Notes under the pieces: model-generated
What the model was told of the DNA's origin: nothing
What the model saw: only the letters and a program-made list of their open reading frames with translations
The model's database searches: none
Program-made: the position numbers and the translations under genes
Assembly: GCA_964406305.1 (NCBI GenBank)
Contig: CAYORF010000001.1
Location: 12,819 to 76,818, forward strand
DNA from: an uncultured Anaerolineales bacterium
GTDB lineage: Bacteria > Chloroflexota > Anaerolineae > Anaerolineales > UBA11858
DNA length: 64,000 nt
Direction: 5' to 3'
Shown here: one piece after another, positions 43,307-54,460 of the stretch
Layout of the letters: each line of letters opens with the position of its first letter
Numbering within the stretch: the first letter of the stretch is position 1

Positions 43307-43639
43307 TTAATCAAGCTCCTTTAATGCGTTATGAAGATCCCGCAGCAGGAACATGTCCGGAAGAGTGTATTCTGCTTGTGAGGCGAACTTTAGTGCATTT
43401 TCAACACTGACTATGGGAGATTTATCCTCGAGTAATGTCAATCGGTTCAGAGCCCAATCCAGATCTCCTTCCTGGTGATAGACTTCAGCAACCATCAAGG
43501 TGTAATCAGTTTGATAATCTTCTCTTAAGCTGTCCAGGGTTGTGTCTTGATAACTGATTGGATTGACCACCCAACCATATACCAGCCCCAGCCCCAGCCC
43601 AAGCAGCAGAATTAGGATAAACAAGGTCCAACGAGACAT
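43307..43639 (-). CDS. membrane-anchored helical protein (short paralogue of 42451..43302)
   Basis: The SD AAAGGTGG lies 3 nt before the ATG at 43639. The sequence is MSRWTLFILILLLGLGLGLVYGWVVNPISYQDTTLDSLREDYQTDY... In the neighbour the matching stretch is WYLLTGLILGLALGMIYAWVISPITEVDTHPNLLRDDYKDIY... Confidence 0.55.
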   Translation of the reverse strand: MSRWTLFILILLLGLGLGLVYGWVVNPISYQDTTLDSLREDYQTDYTLMVAEVYHQEGDLDWALNRLTLLEDKSPIVSVENALKFASQAEYTLPDMFLLRDLHNALKELD

Positions 43640-43782
43640 AAACCACCTTTGAAAAATCTCTCCTAATTGTGCCATAGAGGGATAGAACGGACAAGCCATC
43701 CTATCTGAAATGATTCGAAAAAGTCCTCAAACAGCCTAAATATCAATAAAATTAAGGTTTTATTAATCCCGCAGGCCGTTTC

Positions 43783-43811
43783 TTGACGTGAATTGTGGCA
43801 GGTGATATAGT
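43783..43811 (+). promoter_or_regulatory. sigma-70-type promoter (TTGACG-17-TATAGT)
   Basis: TTGACG at 43783-43788, a 17-nt spacer, and TATAGT at 43806-43811. These are followed by the SD GAGGAGG (43816-43822) and the ATG at 43831. Confidence 0.55.
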
Positions 43812-43830
43812 TGTCGAGGAGGCTTCACAA

Positions 43831-45015
43831 ATGGAAAACGAACACCAAGATGATCAACTGGAAGACAATAAAGATGAACAGGTATACGGGATCTTCACTC
43901 CTTTTCGTGATCTGATACGAGATCTAGTGGCAAGAGAAAATGGTCGTCGGATACTGACCATTGGGGGTGTTGTCCTGCTGGTTATCGTTGTTATAGTTGT
44001 AATTAGAGCTTTTTATCCCCAATCTCAGGATATTCAGCAAACACTTCAGGTATTTGAGGACCAGTCCTCGGCCGAAGAATCCACCCCAGACCAGAGCATC
44101 CTGGAAATGCCCAGTTTTGTCCAGGATCAAACTTCCTTGACCAGGGGTATCCACCGGGCGGCTGTTATTCATACTACTATCCCAACCAGGGCCAGGGTGG
44201 ATGTACTGAAATATGAGGTGGAACAAGGCGATTCTTTATTTGCTATCGCGGAGGCTTTTGGTTTAAAACCTGAAACACTCCTATGGGGAAATTTCGACAT
44301 TTTAGCTGATAATCCGCATACTCTCCAGCCCGGACAAGAGTTAAATATCCTCCCGACAAATGGTACTTACCATGAATGGAGGGATGGGGAAAGCCTGCTC
44401 AAGGTGGCTGATTATTATGGAGTGGAACCGCTGGAAATTGTTCAATACCCAGGCAACAAGATTGATATCTACGATTTTGATCTAGATAATCCTTCCTTTG
44501 ATATCGGACAGATGTTGATCGTCCCAGGTGGAGTAAGAGAATTAGTGGATTATGGCCCACCGGCAATTACCAGGAACAACCCTGCTATTGCTGCTACCTA
44601 CGGGCCTGGTCATTGTGGCACAATTTATACTGGATCTGTGGGAGTGGGCGTTTTCCTATGGCCTACTACTGAACGTTGGATTTCAGGCTACGATTACAAT
44701 CCCGGCGCCAATCACTCAGCCATTGATATTGCAGGAAGTATTGAGAATCCGGTTTGGGCCGCGGACAATGGGGTGATTGTATACGCCGGATGGAGCAACT
44801 ACGGATATGGAAACCTGTTAGTAATTGACCACGGCAACGGTTGGCAAACTCTCTATGCTCACTTGAACTCCATCAGCGTTGGTTGCGGGCAAAGTGTTAA
44901 CCAGGGCCAGAGAATTGCCGGGTTGGGAACCACAGGAAATTCTTCAGGAGCCCACCTGCATTTTGAAATGATTTATGCGGGAGTAAAGGTGAATCCCTGG
45001 AACTTCCTGCAGTAG
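43831..45015 (+). CDS. LysM domain-containing M23 family peptidase
   Basis: It has a TM anchor and the LysM block YEVEQGDSLFAIAEAFGLKPETLLWGN. The M23 blocks are HSAIDIAG and GNSSGAHLHFE. The start was moved from the GTG at 43795, which lies inside the promoter, to the ATG at 43831. Confidence 0.85.
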   Translation: MENEHQDDQLEDNKDEQVYGIFTPFRDLIRDLVARENGRRILTIGGVVLLVIVVIVVIRAFYPQSQDIQQTLQVFEDQSSAEESTPDQSILEMPSFVQDQTSLTRGIHRAAVIHTTIPTRARVDVLKYEVEQGDSLFAIAEAFGLKPETLLWGNFDILADNPHTLQPGQELNILPTNGTYHEWRDGESLLKVADYYGVEPLEIVQYPGNKIDIYDFDLDNPSFDIGQMLIVPGGVRELVDYGPPAITRNNPAIAATYGPGHCGTIYTGSVGVGVFLWPTTERWISGYDYNPGANHSAIDIAGSIENPVWAADNGVIVYAGWSNYGYGNLLVIDHGNGWQTLYAHLNSISVGCGQSVNQGQRIAGLGTTGNSSGAHLHFEMIYAGVKVNPWNFLQ

Positions 45016-45037
45016 TTTTTGAATATAAGAGTATATA

Positions 45038-45069
45038 AAAGCAAGGTACAGTTCTGTACCTTGCTTTTT
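45038..45069 (+). terminator. rho-independent terminator
   Basis: AAAGCAAGGTACAG-TT-CTGTACCTTGCTTT with a T run. Confidence 0.85.
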
Positions 45070-45110
45070 GTTACAATAAGGTAATTATCCACTACCATGG
45101 TATTCTAACA

Positions 45111-46580
45111 ATGAAACACTACCAGAGAATTTATCAATTGCTGTTCATAATAATATTCATTGCCCTGCTGACAGGTTCTTGTGATCAAATTTCAAATAAT
45201 GATTCAGACCTGAAGTCGACGTCAGTGTTGGTTCAAACTATCCACCCAGCAACACTAACGGCGATCAGCGCTGCAGCACAACCTAGCCAAACACCTATTC
45301 CTGAACCGATGGGTTTGCCTTGGTCATCTGTTGAAAACGTGGAATTGGATTTCTGGTATATGTGGGATCGGGACCAGCCTGGCATAGGCATGAATGCGAT
45401 TGTGGATCGTTTTAATCAAGAGAATGAATGGGGAATTGTAGTTAATCCTGTTGATCAGGGCTTGGTTCTTGACCCCCTCAACTCAATGGAGATGGCCTTT
45501 GAAGCGGGGCTTGTGCCCCACCTTCTGCTCAGTGATGCTTCAGCAATAACCAGCTGGTACCAAGATGGATTAACGTTGGATTTGAGCCCACTCTTGGATG
45601 ATCCGGCGGCAGGCTTATCTGTTAAAGACCAAAAGGATTATTACTCAGGCCTTTATGACGGTTTTACTATTGAAGGATCGATCCGTCCGGGCCTTCCCTT
45701 TACTCAAACCATTCAGGTGATCTATTACAATCAGAGCTGGGCGAAGGAGCTGGGGTATTCCACTTCACCTAACACTCAGAGTGATCTGGAGCAACAGGCC
45801 TGCTCTGCTGCGGGGGATCGTGGATTATCACCGAGTTCCCTGCCCCAGGCGACAGGGATTCTGTTATCACCTGAAGCGGCCAATATCGCTTCAGCGATAT
45901 ATGCTTATAATGGAAATTTCCTGAACTTGGATGGGGATGGGTACCTATTCAACTCTCCCGAAGTTCAGCAGGTGGCGGAGGATTGGCAGGGAATGCTTCG
46001 GGAGGGCTGCGGGATGACTTTTTATTCATATCCCGATCCGATGTCGAATGAGCTGGCCATAGAAAATTTCAACCAACGAAAGACCATGATGATGGTGGGC
46101 TCATCTCAATTGATGGATTATGTTAATACCGGAGCCAACCAGACTGGGAGAGCTGATGACTGGATGATGCTCCCATTTTTAGGTCCAGAAGGTAATAAAG
46201 CAGTTTCATCAGAGATCCAATCGGTCGTGATCTTCCATACTACTCCGGAAGAAGAACTTGCATCTTGGTTGTTTTTAAAATACCTAACCTCCCCGGAAAC
46301 CCAGGCGGAATGGGCGCAGTTCAGTAGATATTATCCGACCCGAAAGAGTAGCCTGCGTTTTTTGAGGGACTTCCGTGCAGAGAATCACCATTGGTCGCAG
46401 GGTTTGAATTTGTTAAAATTCAGCATTGGAATGCCGTTGGATCCGTCTTGGAATACTGTAAAATTATCCGTTGGTGATGCATTTGAAGAAATCCTTCTTG
46501 ATGGAACGCTGGAAGTCACGGGGCAGCTGATAGCTCTGGATCTGCTGGCCGCAGAATTGTGGGAATATACCCAAGAATAA
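45111..46580 (+). CDS. ABC transporter extracellular solute-binding lipoprotein (orphan; no permease/ATPase adjacent)
   Basis: 489 aa with lipobox LTGSC. The size and composition fit a family-1 sugar-type SBP. Confidence 0.7.
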   Translation: MKHYQRIYQLLFIIIFIALLTGSCDQISNNDSDLKSTSVLVQTIHPATLTAISAAAQPSQTPIPEPMGLPWSSVENVELDFWYMWDRDQPGIGMNAIVDRFNQENEWGIVVNPVDQGLVLDPLNSMEMAFEAGLVPHLLLSDASAITSWYQDGLTLDLSPLLDDPAAGLSVKDQKDYYSGLYDGFTIEGSIRPGLPFTQTIQVIYYNQSWAKELGYSTSPNTQSDLEQQACSAAGDRGLSPSSLPQATGILLSPEAANIASAIYAYNGNFLNLDGDGYLFNSPEVQQVAEDWQGMLREGCGMTFYSYPDPMSNELAIENFNQRKTMMMVGSSQLMDYVNTGANQTGRADDWMMLPFLGPEGNKAVSSEIQSVVIFHTTPEEELASWLFLKYLTSPETQAEWAQFSRYYPTRKSSLRFLRDFRAENHHWSQGLNLLKFSIGMPLDPSWNTVKLSVGDAFEEILLDGTLEVTGQLIALDLLAAELWEYTQE

Positions 46581-46613
46581 GATCCAAGATCATGACAAAT
46601 TTAAGAGGAAGTT

Positions 46614-47063
46614 ATGGCTAATAAACCGCATGTGACCATTTACACGGATGGGGCTTGTTCAGGAAACCCGGGACCTGGGGGTTGGGGCGCACTGCTCCGG
46701 TTCGGGAACCAAGAAAAAGAGCTTTCTGGATCAGCGAAGGAGACCACAAATAACCGGATGGAGATCACGGCTGCGGTGATGGCCTTTCGAGCCCTTAAGG
46801 AACCCTGCCAGGTGAATATTTACACTGACTCGGAATATCTAAAGAAGGGAATTACCGATTGGATCCATAACTGGAAAAAACTAGGTTGGCGGAGAGGATC
46901 ACCCGGTAAGACCAAACCGCTGGCCAATGCAGATCTTTGGAAGGAACTGGACCAGGCGATCATTGATCACCAGGTATCGTGGCATTGGGTGCGGGGACAT
47001 ACTGGTCATACAGAAAACCAACGCGTTGATAACCTGGCTGTATCAGCAATGAAAAATCGCTGA
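46614..47063 (+). CDS. rnhA: ribonuclease HI
   Basis: 149 aa with the blocks [33 protein letters not shown]-like and HTGH..N..D. Confidence 0.9.
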   Translation: MANKPHVTIYTDGACSGNPGPGGWGALLRFGNQEKELSGSAKETTNNRMEITAAVMAFRALKEPCQVNIYTDSEYLKKGITDWIHNWKKLGWRRGSPGKTKPLANADLWKELDQAIIDHQVSWHWVRGHTGHTENQRVDNLAVSAMKNR

Positions 47064-47119
47064 TCTGTTCCTATTAAGGGGGAAACTGAAGGCCATATCT
47101 CTACGGTATAATCCTCACT

Positions 47120-47452
47120 ATGGAAGCGCCAAAACTGCAAATTAAAGAAGAATTACTACTAGCAAAACAATCCCGCCTGGAAGGCAATGAAGGTCGGGCA
47201 AGGGTTTGTGCTCGGCGAGCAGCAGGCGCTGCTGTTAAAGAACATCTAGTAAAAATGGGAATAACACAAAAACAAGAGAATGCCATCCAATCTATGCTAA
47301 TTTTAGCGCAAAAAGAAACGCTTCCTGCCAGGGTTCAAGAGGCTATTGATTGGCTTGTCCAGAGGGTGAACCAGGATCACAATTTGCCTCCAGAGGTGGA
47401 TTTGATCCATGAAGCTGGGGTTGTTATTAAGTTTATCGAAACGGATGAATAG
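47120..47452 (+). CDS. hypothetical helical protein (110 aa), possibly leaderless
   Basis: TATAAT (47107-47112) lies 7 nt before the ATG, and no SD is present. Confidence 0.5.
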   Translation: MEAPKLQIKEELLLAKQSRLEGNEGRARVCARRAAGAAVKEHLVKMGITQKQENAIQSMLILAQKETLPARVQEAIDWLVQRVNQDHNLPPEVDLIHEAGVVIKFIETDE

Positions 47453-47476
47453 AAGTTTCTCATACACCTTGAATCT

Positions 47477-48994
47477 ATGAAAATTATCCAGAAGGCTCCT
47501 GCCTGGTTGGTTATACTCGGATTGATCTTGGTTGCTGCAGGCTGCAATCCGACAGAAATCTCGGCGGTTATATCTACCAATACTCTAACGCCTACAAATC
47601 CACTCCCTCAAACGACTGCCCAGGAAGTTACACAATCTTTACTAACCCCAACTCCGGGGGCAACCCCCCAACCGACGGCTGTTCCACTTGAGAGGACTAA
47701 ATACTCTCTTGCGGTGGTATTGGATTACCCAAATCAGAGATTGGACGTGGAAGAAAGAATTCTCATTCCGCATCCTTCGACAAACGTACTGAATAACATA
47801 GATCTGGTTGTCCCACCAAACAGCTGGTCAGGGGTATTTTCTATACAGGAAATTACCGCGGGAGATTTGTCTGTGAAAGGTTATGGAACTTCAGGTGTAG
47901 TTTTGAACATTGCAATTGGTAGCCCTGGTTGGCAACCTGGAGAAATTCTTGATCTCCTTATCAGATATTCACTGGATCTTCCGCAGCAAAACGTCCGGGA
48001 AGGATTTGGACCCTCTCCATTTGGGTACACTTATCTTCAGACAAACTTAGTGGATTGGTATCCTATGGTCCCTCCCTATCAGGATGATCTGGGCTGGATC
48101 ATTCATGATCCCTGGTTATTTGGGGAATATCTGGTCTATCCTGCGGCCGATTTTGAGATCAGCCTGAAGCTGGGCACAGCTGGATTAATTGCAGCTGCAA
48201 GTTCAGCTCCTTTGAACGAAGGAGACCCTTTGAATTACTCCTTGGAAGCTGCTCGGAATTTTGTATTTTCCATTAGTCCATCATATGTTGTTTTGGAAGA
48301 AGAAGTAAACGAGACAAAGGTTTTTGGATATATCTTCCCAGGTTATCAAATTCCCGGTCAGGCAGCTTTTGATGCCACAGTGGAAGCGCTAGTTTTATAT
48401 TCTGAATTATATGGCCCTTATGGGCAGTCCAGTTTATCCATGGTCCAGGCAGATTTTAATCATGGCATGGAATATGAAGGTATGTATTTTCAGAGCCGAG
48501 GATTCTTCGATACCTATGGTGGCTCGGAGCAAAGTTATCTGATAGCGATTGCGGCTCATGAAACAGCCCATCAGTGGTGGTACGGGAAGATATCCAACGA
48601 TCAGGCTTTTGAACCCTGGCTGGATGAAGCACTCTGCACTTTCAGTGAATTGGCTTATTATGAACATCTCTACCCGCAGTCCGTAGATTGGTGGTGGGGG
48701 ACTCGGGTTAACTATTATGACCCAGATGGATGGATCGATCGCTCCATTTACGATTTTCAAGAATATATCGATCAATACTTGAGTTATCGCAATGCCACTT
48801 ATTTACAAGGGGCGAAATTTATGGCTGCACTGAAAAATGAATTGGGAGATGAGCAGTTATACGATTTCTTGCAGGAATATGCAACAAGATATCAAGATCA
48901 AATAGTTACTAGTGAGGACTTTTTCGGTTTATTGGGGGAATATATAGAAGTTGGCAGCTTAGTGTGGCTGGGGGAATATTTCGAGTTGGAGTGA
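47477..48994 (+). CDS. M1-type (gluzincin) metallopeptidase-like lipoprotein
   Basis: Lipobox AAGC. The HEXXH-X18-E motif is HETAHQWWYGKISNDQAFEPWLDE. Confidence 0.7.
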   Translation: MKIIQKAPAWLVILGLILVAAGCNPTEISAVISTNTLTPTNPLPQTTAQEVTQSLLTPTPGATPQPTAVPLERTKYSLAVVLDYPNQRLDVEERILIPHPSTNVLNNIDLVVPPNSWSGVFSIQEITAGDLSVKGYGTSGVVLNIAIGSPGWQPGEILDLLIRYSLDLPQQNVREGFGPSPFGYTYLQTNLVDWYPMVPPYQDDLGWIIHDPWLFGEYLVYPAADFEISLKLGTAGLIAAASSAPLNEGDPLNYSLEAARNFVFSISPSYVVLEEEVNETKVFGYIFPGYQIPGQAAFDATVEALVLYSELYGPYGQSSLSMVQADFNHGMEYEGMYFQSRGFFDTYGGSEQSYLIAIAAHETAHQWWYGKISNDQAFEPWLDEALCTFSELAYYEHLYPQSVDWWWGTRVNYYDPDGWIDRSIYDFQEYIDQYLSYRNATYLQGAKFMAALKNELGDEQLYDFLQEYATRYQDQIVTSEDFFGLLGEYIEVGSLVWLGEYFELE

Positions 48995-49132
48995 GACAAA
49001 GGTAAAGAGACGGTTGAGAAGAAACAGGGATGAAGAGATGGGTTGTCACGATGAGAACCTACAATGTCCAGGAATAAAATCCTATCTCCAGGCTGATTCC
49101 TAATAATTGAATATCAATGGTTATAAGAAAAG

Positions 49133-49157
49133 AAAAAAATGTCCCTGAAGAGGGACG
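49133..49157 (-). terminator. rho-independent terminator (minus strand)
   Basis: On the minus strand, GUCCCU-CUUC-AGGGAC is followed by AUUUUUUU. Confidence 0.6.
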
Positions 49158-49301
49158 TTCAGCTTTGCCAGTACAACGACTTCAGTCGGGTACCCCCCCA
49201 ACCCCCTAACGGAACTGATAACTGCAAAGGATAAGATTTAAGCTATGATGGATTTAACGAAGATATTGAAGACACATTCATTTCTTCTCCTCCTTAGATA
49301 A

Positions 49302-49339
49302 GCACTCACCTCACCGCGGGCAGCCGGTGAGGTGAGTGC
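49302..49339 (-). terminator. 15-bp perfect hairpin directly downstream of tRNA-Cys (terminator or processing signal)
   Basis: GCACTCACCTCACCG - 8-nt loop - CGGTGAGGTGAGTGC. Confidence 0.5.
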
Positions 49340-49354
49340 CTTTAAAAGAGAAAG

Positions 49355-49425
<71 letters not shown>

Positions 49426-49497
49426 CTGATATAAAGAAGCTGATGGTTTCCGGCTGATAAATTTCAGCCATCAGCCACCAGCCGGTATTCTGGAAAG

Positions 49498-49569
<72 letters not shown>

Positions 49570-49576
49570 TTGAAAG

Positions 49577-49649
49577 TGCCGAGAGCCAGACTCGAACTGG
49601 CGACCCTTTGATTTTCAGTCAAATGCTCTACCAACTGAGCTATCTCGGC
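49577..49649 (-). tRNA. tRNA-Phe (GAA)
   Basis: Manual cloverleaf: GCCGAGA TA GCTC AGTTGGTA GAGC A TTTGA CTGAAAA TCAAA GGGTC GCCAG TTCGAGT CTGGC TCTCGGC A. Confidence 0.9.
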
Positions 49650-49711
49650 CTGCTGTTTATCCCTAGTAATGCAACGCCAATTTTACTCGTTCGATATGGC
49701 ATTGTCAAGCT

Positions 49712-50167
49712 TTAGGCCTTTGTGGAAAGAAAAGGCATATAAAGAATGAAGCCAATAGCGATGGTTATTTCTCCAACGATCACTCCAGTAGCTTGGGTGG
49801 GGCCGAAAAATGGTGGAGCGGGCCAGGATTGGGTGCCAAATCCGAACACATCAGCCATCCCTGAGATCAATGCGATCAGATAACCGGTCGCGACTAAGCG
49901 TACACCAATATCCTGGGCCAAGGATTGAATACTGTCTGCTTGCTGACAGGCTCTAAAGCTGAGAAAACCCCCCAGGCATAACATTGCTAGCCCAATTGAA
50001 AACGTTGCAATTTGCACAAAACCTATGTATAGACTACGATCGAGTCCGACTATGGCAGGATCTGCGCCTAAAAGAAAGATCAAAAAACCACTGATGGTTA
50101 AGCCGAGGCCGATATTGATTCTCGTATTAGAAAATCTGTGATTGGATTTATTGCCGTTATTATTCAT
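49712..50167 (-). CDS. small integral membrane protein (4 TM segments)
   Basis: 151 aa with hydrophobic segments. No motif was recognised. Confidence 0.55.
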   Translation of the reverse strand: MNNNGNKSNHRFSNTRINIGLGLTISGFLIFLLGADPAIVGLDRSLYIGFVQIATFSIGLAMLCLGGFLSFRACQQADSIQSLAQDIGVRLVATGYLIALISGMADVFGFGTQSWPAPPFFGPTQATGVIVGEITIAIGFILYMPFLSTKA

Positions 50168-50181
50168 GATAGGAATACGGA

Positions 50182-50484
50182 TTATAACTGAAATCCTGTT
50201 TGAGCTGGAATCACTTTGTATGAGAAATTTTCTACGAATTTTAATAAGTTTTCAAGCAACAACTGCCATTCCTTGGAAGCCATAACAACATTAAGTGAGG
50301 CCTGACTTTGTGTTTTGGCAGCCACCATGATTTGCGGTTGATCTCCATACATGGTGTACCAGGCATCCACGGGGCGAATGCCTAACTGCTTAATCTCTGG
50401 GAGGAACTCACTTATCACAAACTCAAAGTATTCCTGTTCTAGATTGGGCAAGATATCCCAGGTCAAGAGTAGTTTAACGGTCAT
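50182..50484 (-). CDS. hypothetical protein (100 aa)
   Basis: ORF packed tightly between the neighbouring minus-strand genes. No motif was recognised. Confidence 0.5.
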   Translation of the reverse strand: MTVKLLLTWDILPNLEQEYFEFVISEFLPEIKQLGIRPVDAWYTMYGDQPQIMVAAKTQSQASLNVVMASKEWQLLLENLLKFVENFSYKVIPAQTGFQL

Positions 50485-50495
50485 GCAGGACTCCT

Positions 50496-51155
50496 TTATT
50501 CGGATTCCTGAGCATATTCCAGAACGACTACGTTTGTTTCACTGCTTGATCGGCTGCTGGTTATATTGAGTTCTGGCCGAGGTTCCACTTTGTCGAGCCC
50601 CATTTCCTTAATGAATTTCTGCAGAGATTCCAATTCCAGCTTGCATTCCTTGGTTTGGTAGAACATGGGGATGGCGTAACTCGGCTCAAGAATACGAATG
50701 GCCTCAACTGCCTTGGAAGCGGTTAAGCTGCCAGCACCACCAACCGGTACCAGCGCTACATGGATATCTCCCGCGATGGACTTGACATCAGACTGGTTGG
50801 GAACTCGGCTTAAGTTCCCCATGTGAGCGACCAGGATGCCGTTGTAATCAAAGATATACATGATATTCCGTAGATCATCTTCTTTGCTCTTATGATTGGT
50901 GCGGATACCGGTAATAAAGACTTCACCAATTTCATATTCACCTGGTCCAGTGAGGATATGTTGGCCATCCTTTCTTTTTTTAATGACCTTGGTGTGGTTA
51001 TGTCCGGGCGCATCATGACTGACAGTAATAATATCTGCGGATAAATTAAGCTCGTCATAGCCGATTTTTTTATGGTTATAGGGGTCAGTTACCACTGTCG
51101 CCATTCCCCTTTCTGTCAATCGGAAACATGAATGCCCATGCCAAGTGATCTTCAT
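50496..51155 (-). CDS. MBL-fold metal-dependent hydrolase (UPF0173-like)
   Basis: 219 aa with the blocks MKITWHGHSCF, ITVSHDAPGHNH and HMG. Confidence 0.8.
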   Translation of the reverse strand: MKITWHGHSCFRLTERGMATVVTDPYNHKKIGYDELNLSADIITVSHDAPGHNHTKVIKKRKDGQHILTGPGEYEIGEVFITGIRTNHKSKEDDLRNIMYIFDYNGILVAHMGNLSRVPNQSDVKSIAGDIHVALVPVGGAGSLTASKAVEAIRILEPSYAIPMFYQTKECKLELESLQKFIKEMGLDKVEPRPELNITSSRSSSETNVVVLEYAQESE

Positions 51156-51390
51156 TAAGCCTCCTGCTGGCTTTTGTTTTTTTATTGATTTTGAGCGTCT
51201 CCTGCAAAATGTGATTATACTTCAATCTGCTCAAAACTCATAGCTTCCAAACGCTCACCGCGCCAGCTGGAAGGAAATTCAATGATCATGATTGATGCTG
51301 AAAAACTGGGTTTTTCTATCCCCTTTTTGGGTAGATTTTATTAGAACATCGTTAGTTTTCGGCGCTTTAAATATGTCTATGTATTGTTGT

Positions 51391-51399
51391 TGGTATAAT
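51391..51399 (+). promoter_or_regulatory. extended -10 promoter element (TGgTATAAT) upstream of uvrA
   Basis: TGGTATAAT lies 70 nt upstream of the uvrA ATG. Confidence 0.45.
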
Positions 51400-51468
51400 G
51401 TCCGATATTATTTCCGGATCTCCAGGGATTCGGTTAAATCTTAAATCCAGAACGAAATCAAAATAATT

Positions 51469-54366
51469 ATGGAAAAGAAGATCAAAGTTGTTGGGGCCAA
51501 AGTTCATAACCTAAAGAATATCACCGTGGAGATTCCCCGTGATAAATTTGTGGTCATTACCGGCCTGTCAGGATCTGGTAAATCTTCCCTGGCATTTGAT
51601 ACGATATTTGCAGAGGGCCAGAGAAGATACGTAGAATCCCTTTCCTCTTATGCCCGCCAGTTCTTGGGACAAATGGATAAACCGGACGTGGAATATATCG
51701 AAGGTTTGTCTCCAGCGGTGTCCATTGACCAGCGCGGCACTTCTCAAAACCCGCGATCGACTGTGGGTACAGTAACAGAGATCTACGATTACTTGCGTTT
51801 GTTATACGCCCGGGCTGGAGTTCCCCACTGTCCGGAATGCGGTCGAGAAGTAACCACTCAGTCTGCCCAGGAAATTGTTGACCATATCGAAAATCTTCCG
51901 GAAGGAACCAAGTTTAATATCCTTGCTCCGGTTATTCGAGGTAGGAAAGGGGAACATCAGGGCATCCTGGATGAGATCCAGAAATCCGGTTTTGTGCGGG
52001 CTAGAATTAACGGAGAGATCCGCCGCTTGGAAGAGGATATCAAGCTGGAGCGCTATCAACAGCACACCATAGAAGCAGTAGTTGACCGGCTGGTAATTAA
52101 CAAACCTGAAAACGAAGAGGAAATGAATAATTTCCGGTCCAGGCTGACGGATTCTGTGGAAACTGCCCTGAAATATGGGGACGGCTACCTGACAATCTTT
52201 GATGTTACTGATCCAGATAACCCTGTCACCACAAATTACTCCGAACATTTGGCTTGTCCCGTTTGCGAGACCAGTTTCCCGGAAATTGAACCCAGGACCT
52301 TTTCATTTAATACTCCCCATGGGGCCTGTCCAACTTGCGAGGGAATCGGGACCAAACTAGAAGTGGACGTCAATTTGCTGGTTCCAGATAAAACCCTCTC
52401 GATCACTGAGGGAGCAATTGATGCCCAGGAGTGGGGTGGTCCCAAGGCTCAGGGTGGTTACTATTGGAAAGCCTTGGTAGGCGCGGCCGATAAAAACAAG
52501 ATCTCCTTGGATAAACCCTATAAGACGCTTACAGCTGAACAGGAACAGGTCATCCTGTATGGAACCCAGGGAGATGAAGTATCGATGACCTATACGGACA
52601 AGGAAGGACGGGAGTACGAGTTCTTCCGGGAATTTGAAGGTGTAGTCAATAACCTTGAACGCCGATTTAAAGAAACACAATCGGAATATATGCGTTCCCG
52701 GATCATGGGATATATGAATGACAATCCCTGTCCGTCGTGTCACGGTGCCCGTTTGCGCCCGGAAGCTCTGGCAGTGACTATAAATGATATTAACATCGTT
52801 GAAATATCCTCTTGGCCGATTAAGAAAGCTCTTGAGTGGATCAATCTCTTAAACAGCAAGGATTCTCCGCTCACGGAACGCCAGCAGATTATTGCTGACC
52901 GGATCCTGCGCGAACTGACAGAACGCCTGGGATTCCTTGTAAATGTTGGACTGGATTATTTGACCCTGAACCGAAACGCGGGAACGCTCTCGGGAGGGGA
53001 AGCCCAACGAATCCGCCTTGCAACCCAGATCGGGTCCCACTTGATGGGTGTGTTATATGTGCTTGACGAACCATCTATTGGATTGCATCCCCGAGATAAT
53101 GGACGGCTGCTGCGGACGCTGGAAGGGCTGCGCGACCTGGGCAACACAGTTATGGTTGTGGAACACGATGCAGAAACTATTGAAACAGCGGACTGGATTC
53201 TGGATCTCGGTCCCGGCGCAGGTGAACACGGCGGAGAGGTAGTTGTCGCTGGAACCATCAAGGATATCCTGGCTCATCCAACTTCCTTGACTGGCGCTTA
53301 CCTTTCCGGTCGATTGAAAGTGCCCGTCCCGGATGAGCGGCGGGAAGGTTCAGGAAAATCAATTCAGATCCTGGGGGCCAGGGAACACAACCTCAAGGAT
53401 ATTGATGTAACTATCCCGTTAGGACAATTGGTTTGCATCACCGGAGTTTCGGGTTCTGGCAAATCAACCCTGATGATCGAAATCCTTTATAAAGCGCTGG
53501 CGCGGGAATTGAACCGGGCCAAGACCAAACCTGGTGATCACGATGCCATCAAGGGCATCGAAAATATAGACAAGATCGTCAACATTGACCAATCCCCTAT
53601 TGGGAGGACGCCAAGATCGAATCCCGGTACTTATACTAAGTTATTTGACCATATTCGGGATCTGTTTTCAGATCTGCCGGAGAGTAAGATTCGGGGTTAT
53701 GATAAAGGTCGGTTCTCATTTAATGTTAAGGGCGGCCGCTGTGAGGCCTGCCGGGGACATGGGCAGCTGGAGATCGAAATGCAATTTCTGCCTGATGTCT
53801 ATGTGCCCTGTGATGTTTGCCACGGCAAACGCTACAACCGGGAGACTCTCCAGGTCCGATTTAAGGGAGAATATAACATCGCTGATGTGTTGGAGATGAC
53901 CATCGATAAGGCCATGGAAGTATTTGAGGCCTTCCCAGCCATGATGAGTAAGCTGAAAACCCTTCAGGATGTTGGGTTGGGTTATATCCGCATCGGCCAG
54001 CCTTCGACAACTTTATCGGGTGGTGAGGCTCAACGTATAAAATTATCCCGGGAACTTTCCAAACGCTCCACTGGATCCACATTATATGTGTTGGATGAGC
54101 CATCAGTGGGTTTGCATGCTGCAGATGTGCACAAATTGATCGAAGTGCTGCAAAGATTGGTTGACGAAGGCAATACGGTTTTGATCATTGAACACAACAT
54201 GGATATCATCAAAGTTGCCGACTATATCATTGACCTGGGTCCTGAGGGCGGAGACGCGGGCGGCGAAGTGATCGCAACAGGACAACCCAGTGAGATTTGC
54301 AGTTCCCCTCAATCGTATACAGGTGAGTATCTAAAGTCTTATCTCAAGGCAAATCACACAAAGTAA
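51469..54366 (+). CDS. uvrA: excinuclease ABC subunit A
   Basis: 965 aa with two ABC modules (GLSGSGKSS and GVSGSGKST; LSGGE signatures) and zinc-finger insertions (CPECG, CPVC...CPTCEG, CEAC...CDVCHG). Confidence 0.95.
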   Translation: MEKKIKVVGAKVHNLKNITVEIPRDKFVVITGLSGSGKSSLAFDTIFAEGQRRYVESLSSYARQFLGQMDKPDVEYIEGLSPAVSIDQRGTSQNPRSTVGTVTEIYDYLRLLYARAGVPHCPECGREVTTQSAQEIVDHIENLPEGTKFNILAPVIRGRKGEHQGILDEIQKSGFVRARINGEIRRLEEDIKLERYQQHTIEAVVDRLVINKPENEEEMNNFRSRLTDSVETALKYGDGYLTIFDVTDPDNPVTTNYSEHLACPVCETSFPEIEPRTFSFNTPHGACPTCEGIGTKLEVDVNLLVPDKTLSITEGAIDAQEWGGPKAQGGYYWKALVGAADKNKISLDKPYKTLTAEQEQVILYGTQGDEVSMTYTDKEGREYEFFREFEGVVNNLERRFKETQSEYMRSRIMGYMNDNPCPSCHGARLRPEALAVTINDINIVEISSWPIKKALEWINLLNSKDSPLTERQQIIADRILRELTERLGFLVNVGLDYLTLNRNAGTLSGGEAQRIRLATQIGSHLMGVLYVLDEPSIGLHPRDNGRLLRTLEGLRDLGNTVMVVEHDAETIETADWILDLGPGAGEHGGEVVVAGTIKDILAHPTSLTGAYLSGRLKVPVPDERREGSGKSIQILGAREHNLKDIDVTIPLGQLVCITGVSGSGKSTLMIEILYKALARELNRAKTKPGDHDAIKGIENIDKIVNIDQSPIGRTPRSNPGTYTKLFDHIRDLFSDLPESKIRGYDKGRFSFNVKGGRCEACRGHGQLEIEMQFLPDVYVPCDVCHGKRYNRETLQVRFKGEYNIADVLEMTIDKAMEVFEAFPAMMSKLKTLQDVGLGYIRIGQPSTTLSGGEAQRIKLSRELSKRSTGSTLYVLDEPSVGLHAADVHKLIEVLQRLVDEGNTVLIIEHNMDIIKVADYIIDLGPEGGDAGGEVIATGQPSEICSSPQSYTGEYLKSYLKANHTK

Positions 54367-54384
54367 ATTACTATGATTAAATGA

Positions 54385-54421
54385 GCAAACGGTATCCTTT
54401 TGAGGATACCGTTTGCTTTGT
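54385..54421 (+). terminator. rho-independent terminator (between convergent genes)
   Basis: GCAAACGGTATCC-TTTTGA-GGATACCGTTTGC followed by TTTGTT. Confidence 0.85.
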
Positions 54422-54460
54422 TATATAAAATATTTCTTCTCAGCTACTTTATTTTCACAC

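Noticed and set aside
49184-49200. A run that reads G-rich on the minus strand (GGGGGTTGGGGGGGTA) as a possible G-quadruplex.
   Set aside because: Only two G runs are present, and a quadruplex needs four.
51343-51356. Possible LexA box AGAACATCGTTAGT upstream of uvrA.
   Set aside because: Only the left half-site matches GAAC-N4-GTTC, and the right half has 3 mismatches. It is too degenerate to call without a genome-derived matrix.
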